A stretch of 64,000 nt of DNA from Eledone cirrhosa. Its lineage: Eukaryota. The position numbers were made by a program, and so were the translations under genes. The DNA lies in contig OZ024744.1 in assembly GCA_964016885.1 (NCBI GenBank), positions 40,548,001 through 40,612,000 on the forward strand. The letters are read 5' to 3'. Of the stretch, positions 26,008 through 39,095 are shown piece by piece (within the stretch, counting starts at the first letter, position 1; each line of letters opens with the position of its first letter). The notes under the pieces are model-generated. The model saw only the letters and a list, made by a program, of their open reading frames with translations. It was not told the origin of the DNA and did not search any database.

Positions 26008-26240
26008 GTTAAAGAAGAGAGCCAAAGGAAGAAAGGAGCACTTACACAACACGCTCCTGAAGTTGAGGGTTGTTCTATCGACGGGGTATTAAACAACCCA
26101 TTTGTGGCGCTTCCCTCCTATTGGGGATTTCGATTGTTATAATTGTTTGTTTTATATTTTTTACACGACTGCATGTAAAATCCCCGGCATGTCTTTGTAT
26201 TGTCCTCTTTTCTTGTGCGCCCTTGTGGCAAATAAAGAAA

Positions 26241-26705
<465 letters not shown>

Positions 26706-27217
26706 CTATCTTTCTGTCCCTATTTTAAACACGATTTTCATTATAATTTGTTAATCTCTGAAAATATTCAGACTGACCATGAAGACAGGCATTACTAAAA
26801 AGTTTAAAACGTTCGCTTTTTAATCATGAGGTCCAGGTTCAATCCCACTTCATGGCATCATAAGCAATTGTTTTTACCGTAGTTTTAGGTCAATTAAGAT
26901 GCGGTAAGTTAAACTATTTATGTCGCCTGTTGGATCGCAACAGTAGTTCAAACATATTGTGTCATGCTGATTCTGCTTGAGGATTACATTAAGGTGTCTA
27001 TGAATCAGTGAATAAATGTTGAAATACTAATTGTAAACTGACAGACATCTATTTGTCTTTTCTATTTTAGACGAACCTGCACTTTGAAAAATGTAGTGAA
27101 GTGAATGAAAAGCATTAAAAACAAACAAATAAAAAAATAAATTAAATAAATAAAATAAAAACAAAAACAACTTATATTATCTTATTAATGTTTAATGTGC
27201 TGTAGTGGCGATATATT

Positions 27218-27405
27218 TGTTTTGCAAGGTTTTTGATATGAAATCGTGTATTGAAACATATTGTTATATTTGGGGAGCGTCTCATGTTGTCCTAAAAATT
27301 GCCAGAAAAATATAGTAAAATACACTCACTGTTTGGTTTGGTTACCAAACACTAAGTGTGTTTTACTATTTTTTCTGGCAATCAATATTAGGACAACAAT
27401 GAGCT
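27218..27405. mobile_element. Old family B-like inverted terminus
   Basis: GTTTTGCAAGG..TGAAATCGTG..GAAAC.TATTGTTATA..TGGGGAG resembles 18609-18670; imperfect palindrome centred near 27340. Confidence 0.6.
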
Positions 27406-27634
27406 GTAATCAGAAAAATAACATTTTAAAATGAAAGTATAGAAGTGAAACAATAAAGGCAGGTATAGCCGCGTAGTTACAAAGTTTGCTTTGCTGCCAC
27501 ATAGATGCTGTTTTGATCCTTCTGTGCAGCAATATGAGCTAGTGTCTTCTAATGTAACACCAGCTTGATCAATACTTTGTGAGTGAAATTCAATAAATGT
27601 CAACCATGGTGGATCTTTACAAGTGTGTGTGTGC

Positions 27635-27679
<45 letters not shown>

Positions 27680-28396
27680 AACGTTTATTTGTGAGTGCCT
27701 GTTAAAAACTCACAAAAATATACCGACAGGAAACTTGTTTTATTTGGAGAAAATTAAGAAGTTGAAAGTACAGTTTAGCTGCCTACGTCCATTGTTCATA
27801 GAAATATTGTTGATCCCCTTCTTTTCATACTCCTTCTGTGACAGTTGTCCCTCGGCGTTTCCACTCTGTTTTGGCCTATTGGAGTAAATGTGAAAGTGAA
27901 AGTCACAGGTTAAGTTGGCAGAAGGTTCCAGTGTCATAACAGTAAGGCGTAGGCTACTTACCTCAAAAGTTCATTTGCACTCTTTCTAAGTTACTCTTTC
28001 TCTCTATCCCTCTCGGTGCAGTCCTTTGAGAATTTCTCGCGTAGACCTGGTGTAGATTTGCACTCGATCCATCTGCCCGATGCACATGTCCGCTTTGTAC
28101 GGCTTTTGGAGGAAGGAGTGACCAGCAGTACGTTGTTCAGTATTATTATGGAAAGGTGTAGCAGAGAATCCCTCGGAGGAAACTGCTTACCTCGAAGATT
28201 CATTCGCATCGTTCTTGTCAATGCTCCGTTTAGTTGGTATTTGTTGGTCTACAGTTAGATGAATGGCACACAAAGGGTTAATGTTTATCAGCAATAAGTT
28301 TTTTGATGCGGATGGAAATGCAGAACGCAAAGGTGAAAGTTCAGTGTAATAGGAGTCCTATGTAGCAGCAGTAACATTGACATTGCTTACAACGTG

Positions 28397-28565
28397 TGCT
28401 TTCACCCTTAACGGGATCTTCTGAAACTAAAAAAAATCAATCTGTGAACGCAGAAGTAAATATTTCGAAAAACGTTGCAACCGAAAGAAAACAGGAAGAC
28501 GATACTTTGATTCATGAAGACATTCCCTGGCAATGAACGGAAAATAGCGAAGATAATACGTCAGC
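28397..28565 (-). mobile_element. Family D PLE terminal-repeat fragment with partial HHR
   Basis: Reverse complement of about 12755-12920. Confidence 0.8.
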
Positions 28566-28874
28566 AATGAGAACGATGTTTGTCATAATGTCGTAATGCA
28601 TACAGCCAGACATACAGATATTATAAGGGCGCGACGTTATAGCTATGTATCTATCTAAAAAGACAGAAAGAACGATAACCGGCGCCTAACACCCCTTTAA
28701 CAACAGAAAATTGAAAAATAAAAGCTGCAGTTAATATCTTTAGACCGCAAGGAATATATAAATGCAAGTTTGAAGTCAACCGGAATAGAAATGTGGATTT
28801 GTATAGACTTTGCAAAAATTAGGACACATAGACAATTTCAGTTTTATATATATGTATAGATGAATATAGGAAAA

Positions 28875-30290
28875 TGTATGACCCTGACGGCAGAGCTCAA
28901 GCCGTTTCGACGGCTATTTCTGGACTAAATTAGAATGTTTAGCCTGGTAAATAAATAGCCGAACTTTTCAAGGGGTACTTCCTTATATGGGAAGATTGTA
29001 GTTGTCAAGAGGATTGGTCAAAATTTCTTGTAAACACAATTAAGTCTATCATAGCAGTGTGTGGGAGGTGGGGTGGCTGAACTTGCCTGTAGAGCAAGCT
29101 TATATATGATTAACCGCTTGTGACTTTAAGACCCGGCTCTATCAACACCGGAATACGTCCCGAAACCTGGTCCGGCGACACACCACTACACTTTTGGGCC
29201 ACATCTGGGACCTCCAAGATAATAACATAACATACAATCTTACTTGGAGCTTACTGTCCAGGGCTAACTTCTACACAGGAGGACACCGTCCGTGTAACTT
29301 ATGCTCGGAGGAAACATTACAAATGCTGTTTAAGAAGGACCAACTCCTAAACAAAAAGACGAATTGGTAACTGCATGCAAACACAGATCGCGTAGGACTT
29401 ACCTCGCCCTCAAACCCCCTAACGACCTGGGTGGGTAGACAATGGCTGAAACATCCCACTTGCCAAATAAAATAGGGGAAACCCCAGCTTTCATAAGTAG
29501 ATGTAACTCTTCTTTTCCTCTCTGTTTTCTTCTTCCCTATGTCTTATCCTATCACTTCCTTCCACTCCCGATCTTCTTCCTCTTTCTTTTTTCACCTTTC
29601 GCCTACCCCGAGGCAGCCCATCGGGCTTTTGTAGCCTCAGTACCCCCACCACAGTAAATTAAAGATAGCATTGGCCAAAAACGCTACACTAACTAATCAT
29701 AGCAGCTGTGTTAGACTCCAGAGATTTTATATTACTTTTTACTCCCCAATACTACAATTTCAATAATTCTTATTTAGTATCTTCTATTCTCAACTCATTC
29801 TATAGCATTGGCTGAAGAGGCAACACCAAGAATATGGCAGCTGTTTTAGACTCCATAGTTTTTGTTTTTTATCACTTCTTACTATCCAATTTTATATTTT
29901 TATATATCTTTCTCTTATTTTTTTATTGTCTCCAAATATCAATTGATTTACCCATTCTATAAGGTCCCTTCCTCTATTTTCTCCAGAACCCTTTTTCGCC
30001 TACCTCCTCTGGCTTACTTTCATACACATTCCTTAGAATTTGCCGTATAGATTTCACTTTCAACGCTTGACCGGCTCCACCTACTCCCTCATTGTTCTAC
30101 AGGCAAGTTCAGCCACCCCACCTCCCACCCACTGCGATGATAGACTTGTGTTTACAAGAAATTTTTACCAATCCTCTTGACAACTACTATCTTCCCATAT
30201 AAGGAAGTACCCTTTGAAAGGTTCAGCAATATATTTACCAGCTATTTATTTTCCTATTACCCACTCTACCACCCTAAGTATTGAGTACTT

Positions 30291-30293
<3 letters not shown>
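28875..30293 (+). mobile_element. PLE family C, heavily 5'-truncated, with inverted 5' repeat
   Basis: 29110-29660 is the reverse complement of about 5965-6505 (GIY-YIG end and 3' region); 28881-29095 is an inverted repeat copy; ends in (TA)n. Confidence 0.88.
28881..28976 (-). ncRNA. Type I HHR with U3:A8 variant (family C)
   Basis: ACCCC-TTGAAAA-gtt-CGGCTATTT..AAATAGCCG-tc-GAAA-CGGC-ttgagctct-GCCG-TC-AGGGT. Confidence 0.72.
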
Positions 30294-30356
<63 letters not shown>

Positions 30357-30359
30357 AAG

Positions 30360-30395
<36 letters not shown>

Positions 30396-30396
<1 letters not shown>

Positions 30397-31491
30397 TTCG
30401 TTTCTGAATTTGTTTAGCAAGATTCTTTATCTGAAAATGGGAAAAAATTCTAAATAATGATACAAATGGGACCTGCCCCTTGTATAGGAGCAAATTTTGG
30501 AATAGAATAGAAAGAACTAGGAATAAGGTTAATAGAATAAACTCATGGTATGATAACAATAAATAACAGAGTGTAATGTTCATCAATACAACCCCTAGAG
30601 GTGAATTAGCTTACAAATTCAGAAGGGTCCTAGATAAACATAAACTCAATATTAAGATAGTAGAAAGACCAGGTACCTCCATAAAAAACACTTATTAGCA
30701 ATACATACTCTTTTCAAAGACCTCCCTGTATAGATAAGAAATGTATAATCTGTAAACTAAGCCCCCATATTAACTGTAAAACTAGAAATGTAGTATATAG
30801 CATAAGATGTACTGAAGGACAATGTAGAGATAATAATATAGTGTACATAGGTGAGACAGCTCGTAGTATAGGAGAACGGATAAATGAACACTGGCGAGAG
30901 CTTCAAGATAGTAAAGAATCATCTGTACTCTACCAACATGCTAAAATAGAACATAAGGGTAAATTAAAGAACATAGAAATAAAAATAGAATCTACACACA
31001 GAAAAGACGCAATGTTTAGACAAATGACAGAGGCAATAAACATAAATGAACTCCAACCAAAATTAAATAGAAAGTATGAATGGAATAGCAACATCACAAC
31101 TTACAATTAAGGACAAAATGAAAACACACACACATAGAACAAATAACCAACTAGTAACATGTAAATAAACAAATAAATAAACAAATATAAACACAGACAC
31201 CCGGATGTAACACATGCGCAAACTAAGCACACAACACACACAAAAAAACAAGATGGCGTAGGACAGAACAAAGGAGAGGCACAAAAACAAAGAAAAGAAT
31301 CTCAAGTCACTGAAGAGGTCACATAATGTGTGACGAAAGAACTTTGAAATATATGAACAATCGTCTGGTTGTGGAACCAACCAACCGGAAATTTATAAAT
31401 TCCTAAATTTATAAATTTATTTTATAATAAATTGAAGTGAAAGCAACTGGTGCGTGTGTTTCCTATTGGCAACATGACCCTCCCAAAGTAT

Positions 31492-31500
<9 letters not shown>
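30396..31500 (+). mobile_element. Penelope-like element family B, 5'-truncated GIY-YIG fragment plus terminal repeat
   Basis: NCKTRNVVYSIRC upstream of ORF 30841-31110 (YIGETARSIGERINEH..RQMTEAI..PKLN); (TA)n on both sides. Confidence 0.9.
31307..31348 (+). ncRNA. Minimal type I HHR (family B)
   Basis: TCA-CTGAAGA-g-GTCACA-taatg-TGTGAC-GAAA-GAAC-TT-TGA, about 200 bp downstream of the GIY-YIG stop. Confidence 0.7.
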
Positions 31501-31559
<59 letters not shown>

Positions 31560-32093
31560 TTAAGGATACTATTTATGGTTATGTATATACTAAAACCTTT
31601 TATAGTTATATATATATTATACCCTAAATAGTGAAAGACAGTAATTTATTACTATCTTATTACCAGTAAGATAAATAGCTCAATGTAACAACATCAGTTG
31701 TTTTACAGAGCAGTTATATAGAGATTACATGAAACAAAGTTCTGTTTAAATCCTTTATCTGCTTACAATTGTTTCTTCCTCGGTTTATAAATGATTTAAA
31801 CAGAACTTTGTTTCATGTAATCTCTCTCTCTCTATATATATATATACGATATATTAACAAATGGAACCTATATTTATAAAACCATATTTATTTCAGTATA
31901 CATATTTCAAGGACACCAAGTCAAATTATGGTGCGCTTTTATAAATTAAAATATAATATAGATCAGTTTTATAAATAAATATTGACATACCCTTAAAGAA
32001 TGCGACCATTGTTACTCCAATAATTTGTTGAGTGCTTTATATCAGTTATAAAAATATTTGCTTGTTGTATCCCAACAATTTAAATAGAACTTC

Positions 32094-32131
<38 letters not shown>

Positions 32132-32149
32132 AAAGTTTATTATATATAT

Positions 32150-33960
32150 ATATTTATTAAAATAACAGATTAATGTTTAAGCAAAGAATCGTTGCTTTCA
32201 CCCTTAACGGGATCTTCTGAAACTAAAAAAATCAATATGTGAACGCAGAAGTAAATATTTCGAAAAACGTTGCAACCGAAGGAAAACAGGAAGACGATAC
32301 TTTGGTTCGTTAAGACGTTCCCTGGCAATGAACGCAAAAAAGCGAAGATAATACGTCGTTATGTGCAGCGTCGAGAACATTTACACGCAAAGACAAAACC
32401 ACGTTAATGGTATAAATGAAGTCGTAGACTAATATTCTATTTAGGAAAAGAAATGATTCTCGGCTTCAGAGTTAAGAATATTGTAAATAAATTAGTAGAA
32501 CGAAAATGACAGAGGTTATTAAAATCAATAATAATCAAATATATACATACACGCATCCAATATACGTACATACACGTGCATGCGCAAAAACACCCGCCAT
32601 GCATGCATATACATGCAAGCACACATAAACACGCGCACACATACGAACGTATACACCAAATACAGATAAAAAAATATATATGTGTGTTTGTGTATATACA
32701 TATAATTATATAAACATACACACATAAATACGTATATAGCGCACGCACACACATGCCTACAGGTAAATACACATATGTTCACCAAACATACGTCAACCAA
32801 AACACAATGTACACATATACACACCTTACATATGTGCAAACACGCATACATACACAAAAACACAAAATACATATATACACATAACCATTACACACATAAC
32901 CAGTATATATAATATAATGTATACACCTATAACAAATACAAGAATATATACGTACAAGAGAGAGTACGTACCTTCACAAAACATACGGGTAAGATATACT
33001 TACCTATACAAATAAGTAATGGTATAAACATAAAATATACTTAGCTACCACATCAAGACGTAAATTATCCGCATATTGTTCGTACTATCCGTTAGGGTAT
33101 AATGTGGGGCTGTAATACAGGAAAGTTTTATGCAATTTGTGTTTACAAGCCGAAATTGCCTCAGATCTTTTGTTTAAGATGTGATCATTGGCGTAGAGTA
33201 TTTCCAGGGCTTCAGCAGCGCAAAGTTCGCATGGTCTTTTATTTCCGTTATACGATCTAGCCTTAGCTAGGATCTCCCAGTGTAACCTATATTGGGTGTG
33301 GTTGTCTTTTAGACTCCAGACATAAATTGAAAGTGACGCCATATTTCTTCTTAAAGGGTTAAGAAAAGAATGGGTGTGCATGTAAAAACGCTGCTTGAAT
33401 CTATTGGCGGTTAATCCTATGTAGGCCCTACGGGACGTGGGTGTTTCGACCTTACATTTGTAGACAATGTTACTGGAGAGGCATTTTCCGGATAGAGGGC
33501 AATCAACCCAATTCCTACAATTACAGTTAGTACTAGCTACAGGGTTGCACGTCTTCCTACGGCTAGGTAATTTAGCTTAATTTGAAGTAGTGATGTTATG
33601 TGCAAAGTTAGGGGTCATAGAGTAAGATATTTTAATGGTACTTCTATTAAAACTTTTTATTATATTTATATGCTGAGGGGAAATGCTTTTTAATAAGGGA
33701 GAGAAATATCTTAGTTAATGGTGTGGTCACCTCCATATTATATGGTGGGTTATACCATATAATGCGTCGGGATCTATTTTTCCTTGGTCTATGCTCAAAC
33801 TTAGTATATGTTACCTTATCGACAAATCCACTCCGAGCAAGAGCTTCATTGTAATATGTGGAATGGTCGGTGAAAATATGGTCGTTTGTAGTTAGACGGG
33901 AAAGCCTCAAAGAAATGTTTCTTACCAGGTTCTTGGTTATGCTGGCCGGATGGTTATATA
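32150..33960 (-). mobile_element. Penelope-like retroelement family D, second copy
   Basis: ORFs 33647-33910 (IIWYNPPY) and 33085-33381 (CELCAAEA..LNKRSE); homologous to 15130-17095. Confidence 0.92.
32175..32224 (-). ncRNA. Type I HHR with U4-to-A variant (family D)
   Basis: AGTTT-CAGAAGA-tCCCgttaaGGGt-GAAA-GCA-acgattctt-TGC-TT-AAAC. Confidence 0.7.
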
Positions 33961-33996
33961 TAAGAGTGGGAAATGAAATATCGTTTCATTTTTTCC

Positions 33997-34049
<53 letters not shown>

Positions 34050-34250
34050 TATGTATACGTACATACATATATGTATACAGACGTACACTAGTATGTATAT
34101 ATATATACATACATGCACATATATATATATGTACGTATGGATTCACCGAACATTTATTATAATGCTCGGTGTGTTTGTAAACAAACATCCCGTATTAAGC
34201 CGTAGTGTCTAGCAACCGTCGTTGCCTGTTTGTTCAACACTGACAAAGGA

Positions 34251-34291
34251 CGCTGTACTAGTTTCAAGCTTATTAGCTATCGTCAGCAACG
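34251..34291 (-). ncRNA. Minimal type I HHR (family A, intact)
   Basis: CGTTG-CTGACGA-t-AGCT-aata-AGCT-t-GAAA-CTAG-TA-CAGCG: palindromic stem III, GUA triplet. Confidence 0.85.
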
Positions 34292-34681
34292 TATACCTTC
34301 CTGCCAGATGATTGAACGTCTGAAAGTATATACTTTCCTTATGCATATTAACGGCTGAGCAGCCTAATTTGCATATCGAGTGGGTTAATCGGCCGGGTGC
34401 ACCGAAAACGATACACGAAAAAAATGAAACGAAATTTCATTTCCCACTCTTAGTACGGCTGTTACTTAAATATAAGTATCTATACGTACATACATATATG
34501 TATACAGACGTACAGTAGTATGTATATATATATACATACATGCACATATATATATATATGTACGTATGGATTCACCGAACATTTTTTATAATGCTCGGTG
34601 TGTTTGTAAACAAACATCACGTATTAAGCCGTAGTGTCTAGCAACCATCGTTGCTCGTTTGTTCAACCTCTGACAAAGGAA

Positions 34682-34722
34682 CGCTGTACTAGTTTCAAGA
34701 TTATTAGCTATCGTCAGCAACG
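34682..34722 (-). ncRNA. Minimal type I HHR (family A, second unit)
   Basis: Same motif with one stem II mismatch. Confidence 0.78.
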
Positions 34723-35492
34723 TATACCTTCCTTCCAGATTATTGAACGTCTGAAAGTATATACTTTCCTTATGCATATCGAGTGGTTTAATCGGCCGGG
34801 TGCACCGAAAACGATAGACGAAAAAAATGAAACGAAATTTCATTTCGTTTCATATCGTTCATATCGTTTTCGGTGCACTTATATTTAAGTAACAGCCGTA
34901 CTAAGAGTGGGAAATGAAATTTTGTTTCATTTTTTTCGTTCACATATATATATATATATATATATAATTATATATAATAAATTTAGGAAAATTAACAAAG
35001 AGAAGACAAGGCAACAAACAAAAACAAGGCAGAATGAAAGATAACTATTTGAAAGGGAAACCTTAAAAAGTTATTTTTTAAAATAAAAATACGAACATAA
35101 GACAAACAACTCCAGGGTCATCAGACGTTGAGATGGACTTTGGCACTTTCAACCCCTAATAACGGTACTACTGGTCCACCCGGTGTCACAGCATTTGACA
35201 CAAGCCAATGCACTCTCTGTGGAGTAAGAGACAAGACAAACAATAAGTTATAGCAATTAAGCTATAACTTGTACACACAGAATTTTATGTGATGTCAGGG
35301 AAAATGGATTGTTTTTTTGTAGCACAAAAGTCTAGTGAGACAAACAAAAGAAAAGAAAGAATAATAAAAAAAGGAAGAAAAAAACAAGAAGAAAGTAAGA
35401 TATCATGTTAAATGTAAATTATTGAGATTATATATATATCTGTTTTTTATTTTTATTTTCCACCACAAAGGGACCTGTGACAGACAGGCTGA

Positions 35493-35587
<95 letters not shown>

Positions 35588-36148
35588 CTATTGTGGCCAA
35601 TCCCATTGAATTTGTCTCTAGTTTATAATCCCTCTCTTCACCACCCCATCTTGACTAGTCCATTAACACAATTGAGATACATGCACATATTTACAGAATA
35701 ACTCCTCCATAAAAACAATTTTGTTCTGTGTGAAAAAACACAACTAGCACCACTGCTGCTGCCACTACTATGGTTACACCTCTCTCTATATATACACAAG
35801 AGTTCATTCTTCCAGTCTCCTTCTCAACAAGGAAGATGAAAACACTTGCCTCAACACTTAATTTTAAATCTTGAACTTTTAGTTTTTAATTCTTATTAAT
35901 TCTTTTTAATTGTAATACTCACCATTTCATGAAATCAATTTTATTAATACATCGAAACTGGTTATACTTTATATACTTTATATACATTATAAAACTCTTT
36001 TTTAAAAGAATTGTCCCTCTCATTTTTTCAATAAGGTCACTTTGGCGAATCAAAGAAAAGAAAAAAAAGAAAACAGATCCTTAAATATATTTTCCATGCT
36101 ATTTCCAATTTTCCAATCTCACCTTTTCTCTCTCTCTTTCTTTCTCTC

Positions 36149-36187
<39 letters not shown>

Positions 36188-36188
36188 A

Positions 36189-36268
<80 letters not shown>

Positions 36269-36490
36269 CGTGTGTGTATGTGTGTGTATGTATAATATCA
36301 ATAATATTAATAAATGGAAAATATCTTTATAAAACCATATTTATTTTATTATACATATTTCAAGGGTACCAATATTTTGGTACGCTTTCGTCAGATAAAA
36401 TACAATATTTGATTTAAAGATAGTGACATATCTTCATATGAACTTTATGTTATAAGTTCATTGTAGATAGATTTATTAATATTATTGATT

Positions 36491-36668
36491 GGATTGGCAG
36501 TATTGGTAGAGGGTCGGACGCCATGCTTTCCAGCATAGTTATGTCCCTTTATGATCTGAGTTCAAATCCCGCCGAGGTTGACTTTGCCTTTCATCCTTAC
36601 GGGGTCGATAAAATAAAGTACCAGTAATGCACTGGGTAATTGCTGGCCTTGTGCCTATAGTAGAAACA
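36491..36668 (+). mobile_element. tRNA-derived SINE family S1
   Basis: Near-identical to the reverse complement of 4581-4758; probable TSD ATTATTGAT at 36481 and 36669. Confidence 0.9.
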
Positions 36669-36857
36669 ATTATTGATATTAATTATACTCCAAAATCTGT
36701 TGAGTGCTTCTAATCTGTTGTAAATTAACTTTGTTGAATAATCAACAAAACAAGTAACTCATTGTTTATATACATATAGTATAAGTATAACAATACTTGT
36801 TTCGACACACGATTTCATATAAAAAACCTTGCAAAACAAATATATATATATATATAA

Positions 36858-36968
36858 TAATAACTAGAAATTGATTAACATATATATATACATGAATAAT
36901 CACAGGAGATAATTTATCTCCTGTGATTATTCATGTATATATATATGTTAATCAATTTCTAGTTATAA
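36858..36968. repeat. Near-perfect palindrome of about 110 bp between (TA)n tracts
   Basis: TAACTAGAAATTGATTAAC..CACAGGAGATAA followed by TTATCTCCTGTG..GTTAATCAATTTCTAGTTA. Confidence 0.85.
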
Positions 36969-37081
36969 TAAAATGCTTGGACCTATCTTTGAGCTTATTT
37001 CCAGGCGATATGGCGCACACCGTTATGGCATAACACCCACAATTTCGATTTAGATTAAATTCATTTAATTTATCTTAATTT

Positions 37082-37169
<88 letters not shown>

Positions 37170-37234
37170 GAAATATCTCAAATAAGGTGCAGAGATATTT
37201 ATATATTCATATTTATAAGCTTCTTTGGATGTTT

Positions 37235-38955
37235 AATAAATGAACTGAGATAGAAATTGGGTATAAGAGGGATCAGATGCAGTGTGCAAGAAGGAGATTA
37301 CATTGGTATGGACATGTGATTGATATGCAGGATGACAGCTGAGCATGCACAATTGTACCTCTCAAAGGTGATGGCACAAGACGGTGATCTTTGGCATTAT
37401 GTAGTAATACAGAAGACCCGACTTCCTATGAACATGGGTTGAGGTATACATCTTCCCCTCCATCACCCCTTCTATACACCTCCCTTGTCGTAACACCCCA
37501 ACCTCGTCATAACACACGATGCATATCCTACCACCCCACACACCACCCACGTCCAAACACACCATTCACGTCCAACCACCCACCTCTCATCCATGCCTCT
37601 AGAGACACCTCCCCAATCCCCATGCACCTCCCTCCAAGTCCCCAGTCCACACTGTGAAGTGATCATTTTGGGTTGCCACAACAAACAGCACCCAGGCCAC
37701 AGTGTAAAGTAGTCATGTAGGTATCATGACAAAATATACCCTGTTTCCACTGTAAAGTGGTTGTGTAGGTGTCATGACAAAATATTCCCTGTTCACACTG
37801 TAAAGTGGTTGTGTAGGTGTCATGACAAAATATACCCTGTTTCCACTGTAAAGTGGTTGTGTAGGTGTCATGACAAAATATACCCTGTTCACACTGTAAA
37901 GTGGTTGTGTAGGTGTCATGACAAAATATACCCTGTTTCCACTGTAAAGTGGTTGTGTAGGTGTCATGACAAAATATACCCTGTTCACACTGTAAAGTGG
38001 TTGTGTAGGTGTCATGACAAAATATACCCTGTTTCCACTGTAAAGTGGTCATGTAGGTATCATGACAAAATATACCCTGTTTCCACTGTAAAGTGGTTGT
38101 GTAGGTGTCATGACAAAATATACCCTGTTTCCACTGTAAAGTGGTCATGTAGGTATCATGACAAAATATACCCTGTTTCCACTGTAAAGTGGTTGTGTAG
38201 GTATCATGACAAAATATACCCTGTTTCCACTGTAAAGTGGTCATGTAGGTATCATGACAAAATATACCCTGTTCACACTGTAAAGTGGTTGTGTAGGTAT
38301 CATGACAAAATATACCCTGTTCACACTGTAAAGTGGTCATGTAGGTATCATGACAAAATATACCGTTTCCACTGTAAAGTGGTTGTGTAGGTGTCATGAC
38401 AAAATATACCCTGTTCACACTGTAAAGTGGTTGTGTAGGTGTCATGACAAAATATACCCTGTTCACACTGTAAAGTGGTTGTGTAGGTGTCATGACAAAA
38501 TATACCCTGTTCACACTGTAAAGTGGTTGTGTAGGTGTCATGACAAAATATACCCTGTTTCCACTGTAAAGTGGTTGTGTAGGTGTCATGACAAAATATA
38601 TCCTGTTCACACTGTAAAGTGGTTGTGTAGGTGTCATGACAAAATATACCCTGTTTCCACTGTAAAGTGGTTGTGTAGGTGTCATGACAAAATATACCCT
38701 GTTCACACTGTAAAGTGGTTGTGTTGGTGTCATGACAAAATATACCCTGTTCACACTGTAAAGTGGTTGTGTAGGTGTCATGACAAAAAGCATCCAGTTC
38801 ACACTGTGAATGTGGTTGGTGTTAGGAAGGACATCCAGCTGAAACCAAGCCAAAATCAGTTCTGTATGAATAAGACATGGTCACCTGACCTGGCTTATCT
38901 TACAGTAGGACAGCTCGTGTAACCCATTCTAGTGTGGAAAATGATGATGATGACA
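37235..38955 (+). mobile_element. RTE LINE 3' end whose 3'UTR contains an expanded minisatellite
   Basis: 37235-37430 resembles the RTE C-terminus at 10760-11020 (reverse complement); tail GTTAGGAAGGACATCCAGC and terminal (ATG)n. Confidence 0.7.
37700..38810. repeat. 48-bp tandem minisatellite, about 23 copies
   Basis: Unit TGTAAAGTGGTTGTGTAGGTGTCATGACAAAATATACCCTGTTCACAC. Confidence 0.97.
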
Positions 38956-39059
38956 AATGGCTGATTGAATATACATGTGTGATTTTTTTTCTCCCCTTAT
39001 TTTTTCTAATTTTCTCTATGGACTCTTTTCTTTCTATCTAACTTCTATTTATAACTCTA

Positions 39060-39095
39060 TCTTCTGATGAAGGACTAGTGGCCGAAACGTAAAGA
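39060..39095 (+). ncRNA. Minimal type I HHR (family G), solo
   Basis: TCTT-CTGATGA-a-GG-actagtgg-CC-GAAA-CG-TA-AAGA. Confidence 0.7.

Larger units (their letters stand above)
20984..26240 (+). mobile_element. Near full-length Tx1-clade (L1 group) LINE, frameshifted
   Basis: ORF1 zinc knuckle CFRCGSTAHLKASC; APE motifs VGDWN, SYLD, SDH, WKLN; RT motifs KSPGLDGL, LDQSKAFD, AYADD; C-terminal CPRC..ETVLHAIVHC; flanked by TATC/TC repeats. Confidence 0.93.
34046..34943 (-). mobile_element. Family A non-coding tandem element (431-bp unit, about 2 copies, HHR per unit) with inverted terminal piece
   Basis: 34046-34450 repeats at 34474-34845; 34862-34943 is inverted; flanked by (TA)n. Confidence 0.9.

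Noticed and set aside
30205-30250. Fourth family C HHR
   Set aside because: Core is mutated and the GAAA/stem III region is deleted in this copy.
37663-38853. 396-aa repetitive ORF and overlapping ORFs as real proteins
   Set aside because: By-product of a 48-bp unit (multiple of 3) that is open on both strands and derives from a retroposon tail.
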